Below are positions 29,081 to 39,746 of a stretch of DNA of 64,000 nucleotides, piece by piece. The translations under genes and the position numbers were made by a program. How positions within the stretch are numbered: the stretch's first letter is position 1; every line of letters starts with the position of its first letter. The notes under the pieces were generated by a model that made no database searches, was not told where the DNA came from, and worked only from the letters and a program-made list of their open reading frames with translations. This stretch comes from an uncultured Candidatus Saccharibacteria bacterium (GTDB taxonomy: Bacteria > Patescibacteriota > WWE3 > UBA101185 > 2-01-FULL-41-18): contig CAZWQF010000003.1 of the NCBI GenBank assembly GCA_964636285.1, positions 5,226-69,225 on the forward strand, in the 5' to 3' direction.

Positions 29081-30235
29081 ATGGAACTAGTAATTGCCCT
29101 CATTTTAGGAATTGTCGTAGGCGCAGGTATTGTAATCTTTACGTATAAACTTAATGACTCAAAAAGACGTCCAGATGATGAAGTAGTTAACACTCTTAAA
29201 GAATCCTTTGGGAATATTTCCCTTGAAGTAATTCAAAAAAGCACAGATCAATTTCTCAAACTGGCAAATGAAACTTTAGCCAAGCAATCAGAACTTGGAG
29301 AAAAAGACCTGGACTCAAAAAAATCTCTAATAGATCAATCTTTAGAGAACATGAAGAAAGAGCTTAGCAGAGTAGGCGAGGTGATTAATGGGTTTGAAAA
29401 GGACAGAAATGAAAAATATGGTGAGGTTTCAAACCAATTAAAAAATGTGGTTGAGATGAGCGGAAAACTAAATGAAACAACTGCAAGTCTGAGGGAGGCT
29501 TTATCCAGTACAAAGGCAAGAGGGCAGTGGGGCGAACGAATGGCTGAGGATGTTCTACAACTTGCTGGATTTATAGAAAATATTAATTATCAAAAACAAA
29601 GAGTTATTGAGTCAGCTTCATCAAGGCCTGATTTCACATTTTTTCTTCCACAAGGTCTTAAGGTAAACATGGATGTTAAATTTCCACTGGATAATTACTT
29701 AAAGTATTTAGAAGCAAAATCGGAAAACGAAAAAACTCATCATAAAGAGCAGTTTATAAGAGACGTGAAGCAAAGAGTAAAAGAAGTTACAACAAGAGAC
29801 TATATAAATACTCAGGACAACACCTTGGATTATGTTCTTGTGTTTATTCCTAATGAGCAGGTTTATTCATTTGTTAATGAAAATGCAAGAGAACTTTTAG
29901 ATGAGGCAATGAAAAATAAAGTGATCCTATGCTCGCCATTTACTCTTTATGCCGTGTTGTCTGTAATCAGACAATCTATTGAAAACTTTAGTTTGCAAAA
30001 AACATCAGGAGAGATGCTTTCTTTATTTGGATCATTTTACAAACAGTGGAATGAGTTTACAAAATCCTTTGAGAAGGTTGGAAAAAAGATTGAAGAGACA
30101 CAAGAAGAATTTTTCAAGCTTACAACCACTAGAAGAAACCAGCTAGATAGACCGTTAAGAAAGCTTGAGGAGCTAAGGAAAGAAAAAGGTATTGAGGAAT
30201 CACTTTTCTTAGAAGGCGAAATCCAGGAAGATTAG
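29081..30235 (+). CDS. rmuC: DNA recombination protein RmuC
   Basis: TM plus coiled coil; RGQWGE, RPD, DVKFP, FIPNE. Confidence 0.93.
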   Translation: MELVIALILGIVVGAGIVIFTYKLNDSKRRPDDEVVNTLKESFGNISLEVIQKSTDQFLKLANETLAKQSELGEKDLDSKKSLIDQSLENMKKELSRVGEVINGFEKDRNEKYGEVSNQLKNVVEMSGKLNETTASLREALSSTKARGQWGERMAEDVLQLAGFIENINYQKQRVIESASSRPDFTFFLPQGLKVNMDVKFPLDNYLKYLEAKSENEKTHHKEQFIRDVKQRVKEVTTRDYINTQDNTLDYVLVFIPNEQVYSFVNENARELLDEAMKNKVILCSPFTLYAVLSVIRQSIENFSLQKTSGEMLSLFGSFYKQWNEFTKSFEKVGKKIEETQEEFFKLTTTRRNQLDRPLRKLEELRKEKGIEESLFLEGEIQED

Positions 30236-32046
30236 TTTCTATCTTCAGAAAGTTTAATAAATTCCTCAACTTTTTTATCTATCATTTCTAAGCCCTCATT
30301 CCAAAAGTTTTTATCTTTTATGTCCACACCAAGTGTTGAAATAATCTCTTCAGGAGGCATTGAACCACCAAGCGAGAGTGCCCTTATGTACTTTTCTACA
30401 AATGGCGCTCCCTCCTTTTTGTATTTTGCATAGAGAGCAAGCGATAAAGCCTGACCAAAAGCATAGGTAAATACATAAAAATTGTATTTATAAAAATGGC
30501 TAATAGGACCCCACCAATTCGAGTGCCCCTCAGAAAGTTCAAGCCCCTTACCAAACATTTCTTGAAGTCTTGATTGAAAATATTTTCCAAACTCCTCTAC
30601 AGTTAACTCTCCTTTTTCTCTTCTATGGTCATGAACATCTGATTCAAAAAGATAAAAAGCAATTTGCCTAAAGATTGTGGCAAATATACCCTGAAGGCTT
30701 TCACCTAGTAGATTTAACTTTTCCTCACGGTTTGTAGTTGAATTATAAATAAAATCAAATGTAACCATTTCAGCAAATATGCTAGCAATTTCTGCTGTAG
30801 CAACTGACGGGTAATAGCTCAATAAGTTTTGATTTCTTGAAAGGTAATCATGAATACCATGCCCAAGTTCATGAGCTAGTGTTGATATGTCGTTAGTTCT
30901 ACCAACAAAATTCATAAGCACAAGTGGGTGATGGGAAGGTGTTGATCCATGGCAATATGCACCACTAGTTTTTCCTTCAACAACTTTTGAATCAACCCAA
31001 TTATTCACAAAAAACTCTTCTGCAATCTTAGAAAATTTTGGGGAAAAGAGTTCAAAGGATTTGAGGACAGTTTGCTTTGCCTCTTCCCAAGTAACTGCTT
31101 TGCTTTTGATGTCTAATATTGGTGTGTATCTGTCGTACTCATATAACTTCTTGAGCTTCAATAATTTTGCTTTTTGTTTGTAGAACTTCTCAACTGTTTT
31201 GTAATATTTTTGCGTAGTTTCTACCAATGCATCAACAACTTCTTTATCAACCCTATATGTGAGAAACGTTTCTTGCTGGGGGAATGAAAAATTTCTTATC
31301 TCATCTTCAATTTTTTTATCAAGTAAAAGTGTATTTAAAATATACCCAAGTGAATATGAATTTTCTTTTAATGTTTTAGATAATGACTCCGACGCTTCTT
31401 TTCTTTTCTCACGATTCCCGTGAGTTCTCATTACGGAAACAATCTCTTCGTAGGATAACTTGTTTATCTTATTTTTTTCTGAAAATGGATATTTAATTTT
31501 AGAAAATGTTTCATTATAAAATCTTTTGAAAGCATTAGCTCCGGACTGGGACATTTTTGTAATTAATTTTTCTTCTGATTCGGTAAGCCTATGTGACTTT
31601 AATACTCTCAATGAAAGTAAGTGCTCTTTGTATTTAAGTGAAACTACATGGTTTTTGAGTACACTTTGAAGGACCTCATCAGGAATAAATGTTAACTCCA
31701 AGTCTACCCAGGCCATATCGCCTGATACTTTTGAAATAAACTCTCTAGTTGCCTGATAAAATTTTGCTACTTCTTTATTTGAAGTGTTTGAATTAAATAA
31801 GTTGGTTGAGTAAGTACCTATCCTTGATAGAACTGTTAGTATCTTCTCAACTTCTTCTAAAAAAGAAATCAAAAACAAATCTGTAAGGTTTGAGGAATTT
31901 ATTTTTCCTTTAAAATCTTTTTCAAGTTTAATAACTTTCTCAAATACAAAGTTTTTATCTTTCTCAATCATTGGATCGCTAATTGAAAAATACAAATCCG
32001 AAAGATCCCAATTTACCCCCTGAATATTTTTCTTTTGAGACTTCAT
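30232..32046 (-). CDS. pepF: Oligoendopeptidase F (M3B)
   Basis: WDLSDLY, GAYC, TLAHELGHGIH, AEIAS, FYVFTYAFG. Confidence 0.92.
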   Translation of the reverse strand: MKSQKKNIQGVNWDLSDLYFSISDPMIEKDKNFVFEKVIKLEKDFKGKINSSNLTDLFLISFLEEVEKILTVLSRIGTYSTNLFNSNTSNKEVAKFYQATREFISKVSGDMAWVDLELTFIPDEVLQSVLKNHVVSLKYKEHLLSLRVLKSHRLTESEEKLITKMSQSGANAFKRFYNETFSKIKYPFSEKNKINKLSYEEIVSVMRTHGNREKRKEASESLSKTLKENSYSLGYILNTLLLDKKIEDEIRNFSFPQQETFLTYRVDKEVVDALVETTQKYYKTVEKFYKQKAKLLKLKKLYEYDRYTPILDIKSKAVTWEEAKQTVLKSFELFSPKFSKIAEEFFVNNWVDSKVVEGKTSGAYCHGSTPSHHPLVLMNFVGRTNDISTLAHELGHGIHDYLSRNQNLLSYYPSVATAEIASIFAEMVTFDFIYNSTTNREEKLNLLGESLQGIFATIFRQIAFYLFESDVHDHRREKGELTVEEFGKYFQSRLQEMFGKGLELSEGHSNWWGPISHFYKYNFYVFTYAFGQALSLALYAKYKKEGAPFVEKYIRALSLGGSMPPEEIISTLGVDIKDKNFWNEGLEMIDKKVEEFIKLSEDRN

Positions 32047-32117
32047 ATAAAGATTTTAACACTTAACATAGTGCTTAAGCTTATGATATAAGATATATTG
32101 AAAGGAATCTATATATT

Positions 32118-32726
32118 ATGTTTGAATTACCTAAATTAAACTATAAATTTTCTGAACTTGAACCAGTGATTGACGCAAAGACAATGGAGATTCACCTAGC
32201 CAAACATCACCAAACTTATGTAACAAACCTAAATAACGCTCTTAAGGACCAGCTTGAAATTCAAAACTGTACTATTGAGGAGTTAATTTGCTCATTAAAC
32301 GATTTGCCAGAGTCAATAAGAACCGCTGTAAGAAATAACGGAGGAGGCCACTATAACCATTCGCTTTTTTGGCAAATGATGAAGCCCGCTGTTATTGGTG
32401 TGGTAAATCAGCCCGAGGGAAAACTACTGAAAGAAATAGAAAAAGAGTTCGGAAGCTTTGACACTTTCAAGGAAACTTTCACAAAAGCAGGACTCACAAG
32501 ATTTGGAAGTGGCTGGGCATGGCTTAACAAAGACAAAATGGGCAAACTTACAGTAACTTCAACTGCTAACCAAGATTCCCCGTTGATGGAGGGAAGCACT
32601 CCACTCTTGGGACTAGATGTTTGGGAGCATGCCTACTACCTAAACTACCAGAACAGAAGAGCTGACTACATCAACGAATGGTGGAAGGTAGTTAACTGGG
32701 AGTTTGTGAGCAGTAGATACAACTAA
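32118..32726 (+). CDS. sodA: Superoxide dismutase, probably Mn-type
   Basis: [31 protein letters not shown]. Confidence 0.95.
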   Translation: MFELPKLNYKFSELEPVIDAKTMEIHLAKHHQTYVTNLNNALKDQLEIQNCTIEELICSLNDLPESIRTAVRNNGGGHYNHSLFWQMMKPAVIGVVNQPEGKLLKEIEKEFGSFDTFKETFTKAGLTRFGSGWAWLNKDKMGKLTVTSTANQDSPLMEGSTPLLGLDVWEHAYYLNYQNRRADYINEWWKVVNWEFVSSRYN

Positions 32727-32790
32727 CTTTGACTACGTACAAAAATTAGTGTAATTAAAAGTCAACACCAGTATTCAGAAGTGAGGGAGA

Positions 32791-33027
32791 ATGCTCAACC
32801 TAGTTCTGAAGCTTTTTCTAAGGAATCTCTTTCAGGAGGCGGTAGGCCGAGGAGGCAAGAGAATCAGGATTACTACTTCTGCAATTGACACAACTCCAAA
32901 GGGGCAGGTCCTGTTTGAAATTAAAGTTACAGGTATTGGGATTGCAGGCTATAAAACCAAAAAGCTTGTTCCAAATACCACTAGCGGAAAAGCCCCTAAA
33001 AGCAAAAAGGGAAATGGAGCAAGATAG
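32791..33027 (+). CDS. Small basic orphan protein
   Basis: GAGGGAG SD; 78 aa, Lys/Arg-rich. Confidence 0.55.
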   Translation: MLNLVLKLFLRNLFQEAVGRGGKRIRITTSAIDTTPKGQVLFEIKVTGIGIAGYKTKKLVPNTTSGKAPKSKKGNGAR

Positions 33028-33083
33028 GCCCTTAGCAATGCAAGTTGTTTGAGGGCCTTATACATATCTGGTATAACCTTTGC

Positions 33084-34187
33084 ATGGAGCAAAACCCAAT
33101 CTCTTCAAGAAAATTTGTTAAACCAGAGCTTCCTATTTTCTGCCCAGACGCAACAAGAGGGGTACTTAGAGCAGTTGACACCCTGGACATTAAAAACACA
33201 AAAACAAATGGTCTGGTTGTTAATACATATCACTTAATGTTCACCCCAGGGATAGAAACAATTAAAAAATATGGAGGGGTAAAAAACTTCATGAAATGGG
33301 ACGGGTTTACAATTTCAGACTCCGGTGGGTTCCAAATGCTTTCATTAGTTAATAAAAATAAAAAATTTGGTCAGGTTTTAGAAGAAGGCGTTTATTTAAC
33401 TAACCCGGGATTTACGCCATTCCTGTTTACCCCAGAAATGTGTATTCAAACACAGTTCATAATTGGTTCAGACCTGATGATTGTGCTTGACGATTGCCCA
33501 AAGATTAAAGCGTCAAGACAAGAAATCTCAGATGCGGTTGATAGAACAGTCAGGTGGGCTAAAAGATGCAAAACAGAATTTAACAGACTCCTAGAATTAA
33601 ATGGCCTAGACAATACAAACAGGCCTATGCTTTTTGGAGTAATTCAAGGAGGAAGCTACAAAGACCTTAGAAAAAGATGTGCGGACGCTCTACTTGAAAT
33701 AGGATTTGATGGTTTTGGATATGGTGGTTGGCCTATGACAAGAGAAAATGTTCTTGACGAAGAATACCTTGATTACGTTGCAAGACTAGTACCAAACGGC
33801 ATGAAGAGGTATGCACTAGGAGTAGGACTTCCACATGAGGTTGGAAAATGTGTTTCACTTGGGTATGAGATTTTTGACTGCGTGTTACCCACAAGAGATG
33901 CAAGGCATAAAAGATTATATATTTTTAACAAAGATCCAGAACAAATAACTGATATAAAAGAATTCACAAATAGAGATTTTTATTCGTTCATGGGAATCCA
34001 TAAAGAAATGCATGCTGGGCTTGATGAAAAAATTGATCCTTTTTGTGACTGCTATACTTGTACAAATTACAGCAAGGGATATCTTAGGCATCTGTTTGCA
34101 ATCAAAGACACGCTCGCGTACAGACTTGCTTCGATTCACAATATGAGAATGTATTCAAAACTAATGGAGAACCTTAAAAGATTATGA
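33084..34187 (+). CDS. tgt: tRNA-guanine transglycosylase
   Basis: NTYHL, DSGGFQ, GVIQGG, FDCVLPTR, CDCYTC, HN. Start placed at ATG 33084. Confidence 0.95.
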   Translation: MEQNPISSRKFVKPELPIFCPDATRGVLRAVDTLDIKNTKTNGLVVNTYHLMFTPGIETIKKYGGVKNFMKWDGFTISDSGGFQMLSLVNKNKKFGQVLEEGVYLTNPGFTPFLFTPEMCIQTQFIIGSDLMIVLDDCPKIKASRQEISDAVDRTVRWAKRCKTEFNRLLELNGLDNTNRPMLFGVIQGGSYKDLRKRCADALLEIGFDGFGYGGWPMTRENVLDEEYLDYVARLVPNGMKRYALGVGLPHEVGKCVSLGYEIFDCVLPTRDARHKRLYIFNKDPEQITDIKEFTNRDFYSFMGIHKEMHAGLDEKIDPFCDCYTCTNYSKGYLRHLFAIKDTLAYRLASIHNMRMYSKLMENLKRL

Positions 34188-34654
34188 TAATTTTGGGTGT
34201 TGATCCTGGTACTGCAACAACAGGAATTGGTGTTATTGAAGGCGAAAGAAAAAAGGGCTTTAAATGCCTACATTATACTTGTATTAAAACACCAGCAAAC
34301 TCTCCTATAGATCAAAGACTTAGAACAATTTACTTGGAATTAACCGAATTTATAAAAGAATATAAGCCTCAAATTCTCTCTGTTGAGGAGCTTTTCTTTA
34401 ACAACAACCCAAAAACCGTAATGTCAGTAGGTAGAGTTGGAGGTGTGATAATTTTGGCATCTGCATTAAATAATCTTGAACTTAGAGAGTACACACCACT
34501 TGAAGTTAAGATGGCGATTACGGGATACGGAAGGGCAGAAAAGCTGCAAGTGCAAAAAATGGTTGCCCTAACACTTAAGCTCAAAGAAATTCCAAAACCC
34601 GACGACGCAGCAGACGCCCTTGCTATAGCTTTGACGGCTGGGATTAGTCTATAA
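34184..34654 (+). CDS. ruvC: Holliday junction resolvase RuvC
   Basis: ILGVDPG, VEELFF, GYGRAEK, DDAADALA. Confidence 0.97.
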   Translation: MIILGVDPGTATTGIGVIEGERKKGFKCLHYTCIKTPANSPIDQRLRTIYLELTEFIKEYKPQILSVEELFFNNNPKTVMSVGRVGGVIILASALNNLELREYTPLEVKMAITGYGRAEKLQVQKMVALTLKLKEIPKPDDAADALAIALTAGISL

Positions 34655-34666
34655 TCCTATAGAAAT

Positions 34667-35242
34667 ATGATTGGATATTTAAAAGGAAAAGTAATCAGAA
34701 AAGGGGAGACGGAGGTAGTTGTTGATGTGAATGGGGTAGGATATAAAGTATTTCTGGATTCTGCAACATGCTCTAAGGTCTCTTTTGGAGAAACCCTTGA
34801 ACTAGACATTTACACCCATGTTAAAGAAGATCAGCTATCGCTTTTTGGATTTACCACAAACGAAAACAAAAACTTCTTTGAAATGCTAATCAGTGTCTCC
34901 GGCGTAGGCCCCAAATCGGCCCTAGCTATACTTTCCCTAGGTAATGCGATAAATACCATTAGAAGCATACAAAAAGCCAAGGTAGAGGATCTTACGCGCG
35001 TTCCTGGCATTGGAAAAAAACTAGCTCAAAAGATTATTGTGGATCTTCAATCAAAGGTTGGAAAACTTGTTGAAATTGATTTAACTGCTGATAGCGACGA
35101 CGAATTAATTTTGGCCCTTTTAAATTTGGGATTTGAAAAATCCGAGGCCCTAAGAATGTCAAAAGATGTGGATTCTGAGCTCTCAATATCAGATAAGATT
35201 AAGCTAAGTTTAAAGAAGAAAAACCATGACAAATCAAGATAA
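34667..35242 (+). CDS. ruvA: RuvA
   Basis: MIGYLKG, VNGVGY, VSGVGPK, VPGIGKK. Confidence 0.97.
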   Translation: MIGYLKGKVIRKGETEVVVDVNGVGYKVFLDSATCSKVSFGETLELDIYTHVKEDQLSLFGFTTNENKNFFEMLISVSGVGPKSALAILSLGNAINTIRSIQKAKVEDLTRVPGIGKKLAQKIIVDLQSKVGKLVEIDLTADSDDELILALLNLGFEKSEALRMSKDVDSELSISDKIKLSLKKKNHDKSR

Positions 35243-36206
35243 TGAGATACAAGAATTACAAAAAGAAGCTGATCTTGAGACAACTTTGAGGCCAAAGTTC
35301 ATTGAAGAATTTAATGGTCAAAAAAATATTATAGATAACCTTAAAATAATAGTTAAGGCAGCAAAACAAAGATCCGAACCTCTTGACCATGTGCTTTTTT
35401 ACGGACCTCCGGGACTTGGGAAGACAACACTAGCCCACATCATTGCAAACGAGTATCAATCAAGTATAAAAATGACGTCAGGACCTGTTCTTGAAAGGTC
35501 AGGAGATTTGGCGTCAATACTTACAAATCTAGAAGAAGGGGACATATTATTTATAGACGAAATTCACAGACTAAATAAAAATGTTGAAGAGGCTATCTAC
35601 CCAGCGTTAGAAGATTTTGGACTAGACATTATCCTCGGAAAAGGACCATCTGCAAGAACGGTAAGACTTGATCTTCCAAAATTCACATTAGTTGGAGCAA
35701 CTACAAAAGTTGGATCAATTTCAAATCCATTGAGAGATCGATTCGGAGCTATTTTTAAACTGGATTTTTACTCCCCAGAGGAGCTTATGAAAATCATTGT
35801 CAGATCGGCAACAATTTTGAACATGGAAATTGATGCTGAATCAGTAAAAATAATTGCGTTAAGATCAAGAGGAACGCCAAGAATTGCAAATAAACTCCTT
35901 AAAAGAGTCAGAGACTACTCTCAGGTAGCAGGGGTAAGCAAAATTATGACAAAACATGTAAACGAGATAATGGGCAAGATTGGTGTAAACGAACACGGAT
36001 TGGATTCAGAGGACCTGAAATACCTTGAAACCATTGAGAAAAAGTTTGATGGGGGTCCGGTAGGTTTAACTACTCTTGCAGCGGCTTTGTCAGAGGATGT
36101 AGATACCATTGAAAATGTAATTGAGCCATTTTTGCTTCAAAGAGGTCTAATAAAAAGAACATCAAAGGGTAGAGTTCTAACTCACATGCCAAAATCCAAG
36201 TCATAG
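35226..36206 (+). CDS. ruvB: RuvB
   Basis: LRP, GPPGLGKT, DEIHR, RGTPRIA, GGPVG. Confidence 0.98.
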   Translation: MTNQDNEIQELQKEADLETTLRPKFIEEFNGQKNIIDNLKIIVKAAKQRSEPLDHVLFYGPPGLGKTTLAHIIANEYQSSIKMTSGPVLERSGDLASILTNLEEGDILFIDEIHRLNKNVEEAIYPALEDFGLDIILGKGPSARTVRLDLPKFTLVGATTKVGSISNPLRDRFGAIFKLDFYSPEELMKIIVRSATILNMEIDAESVKIIALRSRGTPRIANKLLKRVRDYSQVAGVSKIMTKHVNEIMGKIGVNEHGLDSEDLKYLETIEKKFDGGPVGLTTLAAALSEDVDTIENVIEPFLLQRGLIKRTSKGRVLTHMPKSKS

Positions 36207-36286
36207 TTTTTCATATTCGTTACAGCTTCTTGTGGTAACCACCTATATTTACTAAAATACTACAACTTCAGATTTTTACAGAGATT

Positions 36287-37687
36287 ATGACGGCTCAAAA
36301 AGATCTGCTCAGTGAAGCAATAAAACTGGGCGAACAATTCTATGGAGACCAAAAGAAGCTTTCGGGAGAGTTTGTGGCTACGCATGCCCAAAGGGTTGTT
36401 GATAATCTTAAAAAAATTGGAATAACTGACGAAGAAACATTAATAGTTGCGTATCTTCACCACATACCGCTCGATACCTCAACACAAGATGGTATGAAAG
36501 CCAAGGAAGCAGTTACAAATAAGCTTGGAGGGGCAGTTTATCAGCTTATACAGCAGTACAGTATTATCAGAAAAAATCATATTAACTCCCTTGCAGCAGA
36601 TAAAATTAATGCTGGTTACATCATACAAACCTACTTTAACCTTACAAAGGACATAAGGCTTCTACTTGTGCGACTTGCAGACAAGGTTGAGGATTCAAAA
36701 AGCCTTCAGTTCCTGCCAATAGAAGAAAGGTCTTTGAACGCCGAAAAGCTTTTGGTTTTATACTCACCAGTCTGTCACATTCTAGGCATAAGCTCATTTT
36801 CTAGGGAGCTTGAAAACAACGCATTTAAAGCTTTAAACCCAGAAAAATATTTAAAGATTGAGTCGTACATCAAATCAAAAAAACCACGAATGGAAAAGGC
36901 ATTTAAGGAGATCGATTCGTTTGTAAGAGATATTTGTAAGGAAAGGGATATAAATGTTTTAGATATTTTTTATAGAGTTAAAAGTCCTTATTCGGTATAT
37001 AGAAAAATGAATAAGGACGGCAGAGATATTAAGGAAATAAGAGACCTTGCAGCACTTACGATTCTTGTTCAGTCAGTAGAGGGCTGTTACGCAGTGGAGG
37101 ATGTGCTTCAACAGGCATTTGATATAAACATGGAACACAGAGATGACTACATTAGAAATCCAAAATTGTCTGGCTACAGATCAATCCACAACATTGTTTC
37201 TGTATACAGCGACGTGCTGATGGAAGTTCAGATCAAGACAAATGAAATGCATGAACATAACGAATTTGGACTAGCCAGCCACGCATTCTACAAAATTGGG
37301 GAAGTACTTAAACAACAAGCTCAGAGCAATCCTGAGCTACTCAAGGAGTTGAATGTAGGAACGTTAAAAGAGTCTGAAAATAAGACTTTGGAGCATTTTA
37401 GCGACAGTGTTTATGTGTTTACTCCAAAAGGTAGGGTGATAAAGCTTCCAAAGGACTCAAATGTAATTGACTTTGCTTTTGCATTACACGGGGACATAGG
37501 AATCTCATGCACTTTTGCAAAGGTGAATGGAATGATTGTCAAATTAAATCATGTCTTAAAGGACGGAGATGTTATTGAAATAATCACGAGTTCAAAATCA
37601 AAACCGAGCGCTGACTGGTTAAAAGACGTAAAAACATCAAAAGCAAGAAGGTTAATCAGACGAGAGCTAAAACTTGATGAAGACTAA
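36287..37687 (+). CDS. rel: Short RelA/SpoT homolog (degenerate HD, synthetase and TGS domains)
   Basis: RVKSPYS, DYIRNPKLSGYRSIH, EVQIKT, TGS motif DFAFALH. The HD site reads LHHI. Confidence 0.88.
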   Translation: MTAQKDLLSEAIKLGEQFYGDQKKLSGEFVATHAQRVVDNLKKIGITDEETLIVAYLHHIPLDTSTQDGMKAKEAVTNKLGGAVYQLIQQYSIIRKNHINSLAADKINAGYIIQTYFNLTKDIRLLLVRLADKVEDSKSLQFLPIEERSLNAEKLLVLYSPVCHILGISSFSRELENNAFKALNPEKYLKIESYIKSKKPRMEKAFKEIDSFVRDICKERDINVLDIFYRVKSPYSVYRKMNKDGRDIKEIRDLAALTILVQSVEGCYAVEDVLQQAFDINMEHRDDYIRNPKLSGYRSIHNIVSVYSDVLMEVQIKTNEMHEHNEFGLASHAFYKIGEVLKQQAQSNPELLKELNVGTLKESENKTLEHFSDSVYVFTPKGRVIKLPKDSNVIDFAFALHGDIGISCTFAKVNGMIVKLNHVLKDGDVIEIITSSKSKPSADWLKDVKTSKARRLIRRELKLDED

Positions 37688-37690
37688 GAG

Positions 37691-39310
37691 TTATCCCTCA
37701 ACAACTTCTTCGTGTCTTCTTCTGAAGAAGTCTATTATGTCTTCAACGGACTGAACAATAATCTTAAATGGAGCTTCAAAAATAAAATCAAAGATTAATG
37801 TAAAAAAGTTAAATCTTGAAACCTGAGTAGACAACTTCTGTCCAAGTTTAAGAACAGGAAGTGCCAAAATATTTATGATGTTGTCAAAAAGTTTTTCTTT
37901 TTTTGGAATGTACTGAAGTTCAAGACTTCTAGCTCTAATATTCCATGCAAAAAAGCTCAACACTGAAACAAAGAAAATGAAAATCCCTACGCTACTTAAG
38001 TTAAATCCAAGTTTGTTTAGTACCAAAAATATAACACCATACACAAGAAGATAAATGGAGGCGTAGACATACCAGAGCCACCCTTGAGTATTCTCAATAG
38101 GTGAGACTCTTTTCTTAAACTGAGCCTCTTCTTGTTCGGTTATAAAGATTTTGTCCTCGTACACAATCTTTTTGATAGCCTGAAAAATCCTGTCAGTATT
38201 ATCTCTACCTTGAATCCTTATCTTTTTTGCAATAATAAAGAATACTGCAACAGGAAAGAGTGTATTTATTGCTAGTGTTAAGTAATTTATGTGACCATAC
38301 AGGTATAAATCCACAGGAGCTTCAATCACCAGTGCAAGGAGCATCTTTGTTATAAAAAGGTATATAAGCATTCTGGTAATTCTTAGGTTCAGCTTTTTCT
38401 TTAAATCAACATAAAACTGCGAAATAAATTCTTCAGCTCTAGAAAGAAGAGTTTCTTCATTCGAAAGTATAGGCTCGATTCTTTCTGGATTTGATTCAAG
38501 GACGCCTTCTAGAACTTTGAATGGAGGGGCAAGCTTTCTGATCTGAACGTAAAGCCTATCTTGAGTAGGGCTCTTAATTATTCCATCTATATACTCTCTT
38601 GTTGACTCAATATTTGTAACTACCTGTTTAATCTGCTCAAAAGTGGGGGAGTCAAAAAAGTTTGGGTATACAATGCTAAGTGCATGGTATCTCAAAACTG
38701 GAAGGTCTGACTTAACAAGAGCTCTATGACATGCAATAAAAACATGGAGCCCTTCTTGTTCAGGCGAAAGGTCAAGACTTGTTTCTCTTAACGCTTCTAG
38801 CACATGCTGGCTCATTACCTTGATAAAAACTTCAGGTTTGTAAAAAGGATCTATAGCTTTTTCTATTTCAGAGGACGCAACGCCAATGATCCAATCCCAA
38901 AGAATATTTGGATCTTTTGTGATTCTCAAGTCATTAAAATACTGCTTAGCTACAATATACTTATTAAGAATATCTGTGACTGCTTTGAGTTTCCAGTCTG
39001 TAACGTCACCATCCTGAACATACTTACCTCTGATAAGGTCCTTTACCAAAAGGTCAGTGAGGTTGTCAGACTCGGATCTTGAATTTAAGTAAACTCTTAA
39101 AAATCTGTGAATTGCGTATCTTCTAATGAGGTGCTCATCCTTATAATCTACTGTGTTTCTAACTCTTTCGTAGACTGTTGAGAGCCAGGAGGTTGCAGGG
39201 CTAACCTCAAATTTCCTTGTCTTAACAAGCAAATCTTGGTTTTTATAAACCTTATTGAGTTCGTTTATTAAAGTTTGAACATTCTTATTTGTTTCCTGCA
39301 CGGCTACCAT
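37691..39310 (-). CDS. Conserved CPR-type membrane protein
   Basis: YERVRN.VDY.DEHLIRR.AI.R N-terminus; C-terminal TMs with DFIFEAPFK. Confidence 0.7.
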   Translation of the reverse strand: MVAVQETNKNVQTLINELNKVYKNQDLLVKTRKFEVSPATSWLSTVYERVRNTVDYKDEHLIRRYAIHRFLRVYLNSRSESDNLTDLLVKDLIRGKYVQDGDVTDWKLKAVTDILNKYIVAKQYFNDLRITKDPNILWDWIIGVASSEIEKAIDPFYKPEVFIKVMSQHVLEALRETSLDLSPEQEGLHVFIACHRALVKSDLPVLRYHALSIVYPNFFDSPTFEQIKQVVTNIESTREYIDGIIKSPTQDRLYVQIRKLAPPFKVLEGVLESNPERIEPILSNEETLLSRAEEFISQFYVDLKKKLNLRITRMLIYLFITKMLLALVIEAPVDLYLYGHINYLTLAINTLFPVAVFFIIAKKIRIQGRDNTDRIFQAIKKIVYEDKIFITEQEEAQFKKRVSPIENTQGWLWYVYASIYLLVYGVIFLVLNKLGFNLSSVGIFIFFVSVLSFFAWNIRARSLELQYIPKKEKLFDNIINILALPVLKLGQKLSTQVSRFNFFTLIFDFIFEAPFKIIVQSVEDIIDFFRRRHEEVVEG

Positions 39311-39367
39311 TATATCTCACTTCAAAATCCCGTGCATCTCGAATAGACCTATAGAAATTGAGGACAA

Positions 39368-39420
39368 AAATAGGCTCTGTCATAAAAAATGCGAACATAT
39401 TTAGAGGACAAAGCCTATTT
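39368..39420 (-). terminator. Stem-loop/terminator after the small basic protein
   Basis: AAATAGGCT / AGCCTATTT inverted repeat. Confidence 0.55.
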
Positions 39421-39429
39421 ACCAATTAC

Positions 39430-39642
39430 TTAACTAACAACAGGTACCTTAAGAGCGTCAAAGGAGTCCTTGCTTAAAAACTTTGTAAGCTTGACCTTTG
39501 ATCCTTCAACTGTGGTTTCGGAAACGGCTGCATATCTAGTCATCATGTTTCCACCTTTGCCTTTGATGTGTAGCTCCTTCTTCTTAACTTCAGTGTCAGG
39601 AACCTGTACGCTTTTCTTGTGCTTTACGGAGTAAAATTCCAT
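39430..39642 (-). CDS. Small Lys-rich protein, putative DNA-binding/chromatin (CC1/Cren7-like)
   Basis: Strong SD GGAGGTG before ATG 39642; MEFYSVKHKKSV...RYAAV...GSKVKLTKFLSK. Confidence 0.7.
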   Translation of the reverse strand: MEFYSVKHKKSVQVPDTEVKKKELHIKGKGGNMMTRYAAVSETTVEGSKVKLTKFLSKDSFDALKVPVVS

Positions 39643-39746
39643 GTAATTCACCTCCAATCTAACTAAAACCCATTTTTATGCCTAAGAACCTCTTTGTCAA
39701 TCATTTAATATGCTATAGAATCGGGAGAACCAGTGGAAATACACTT

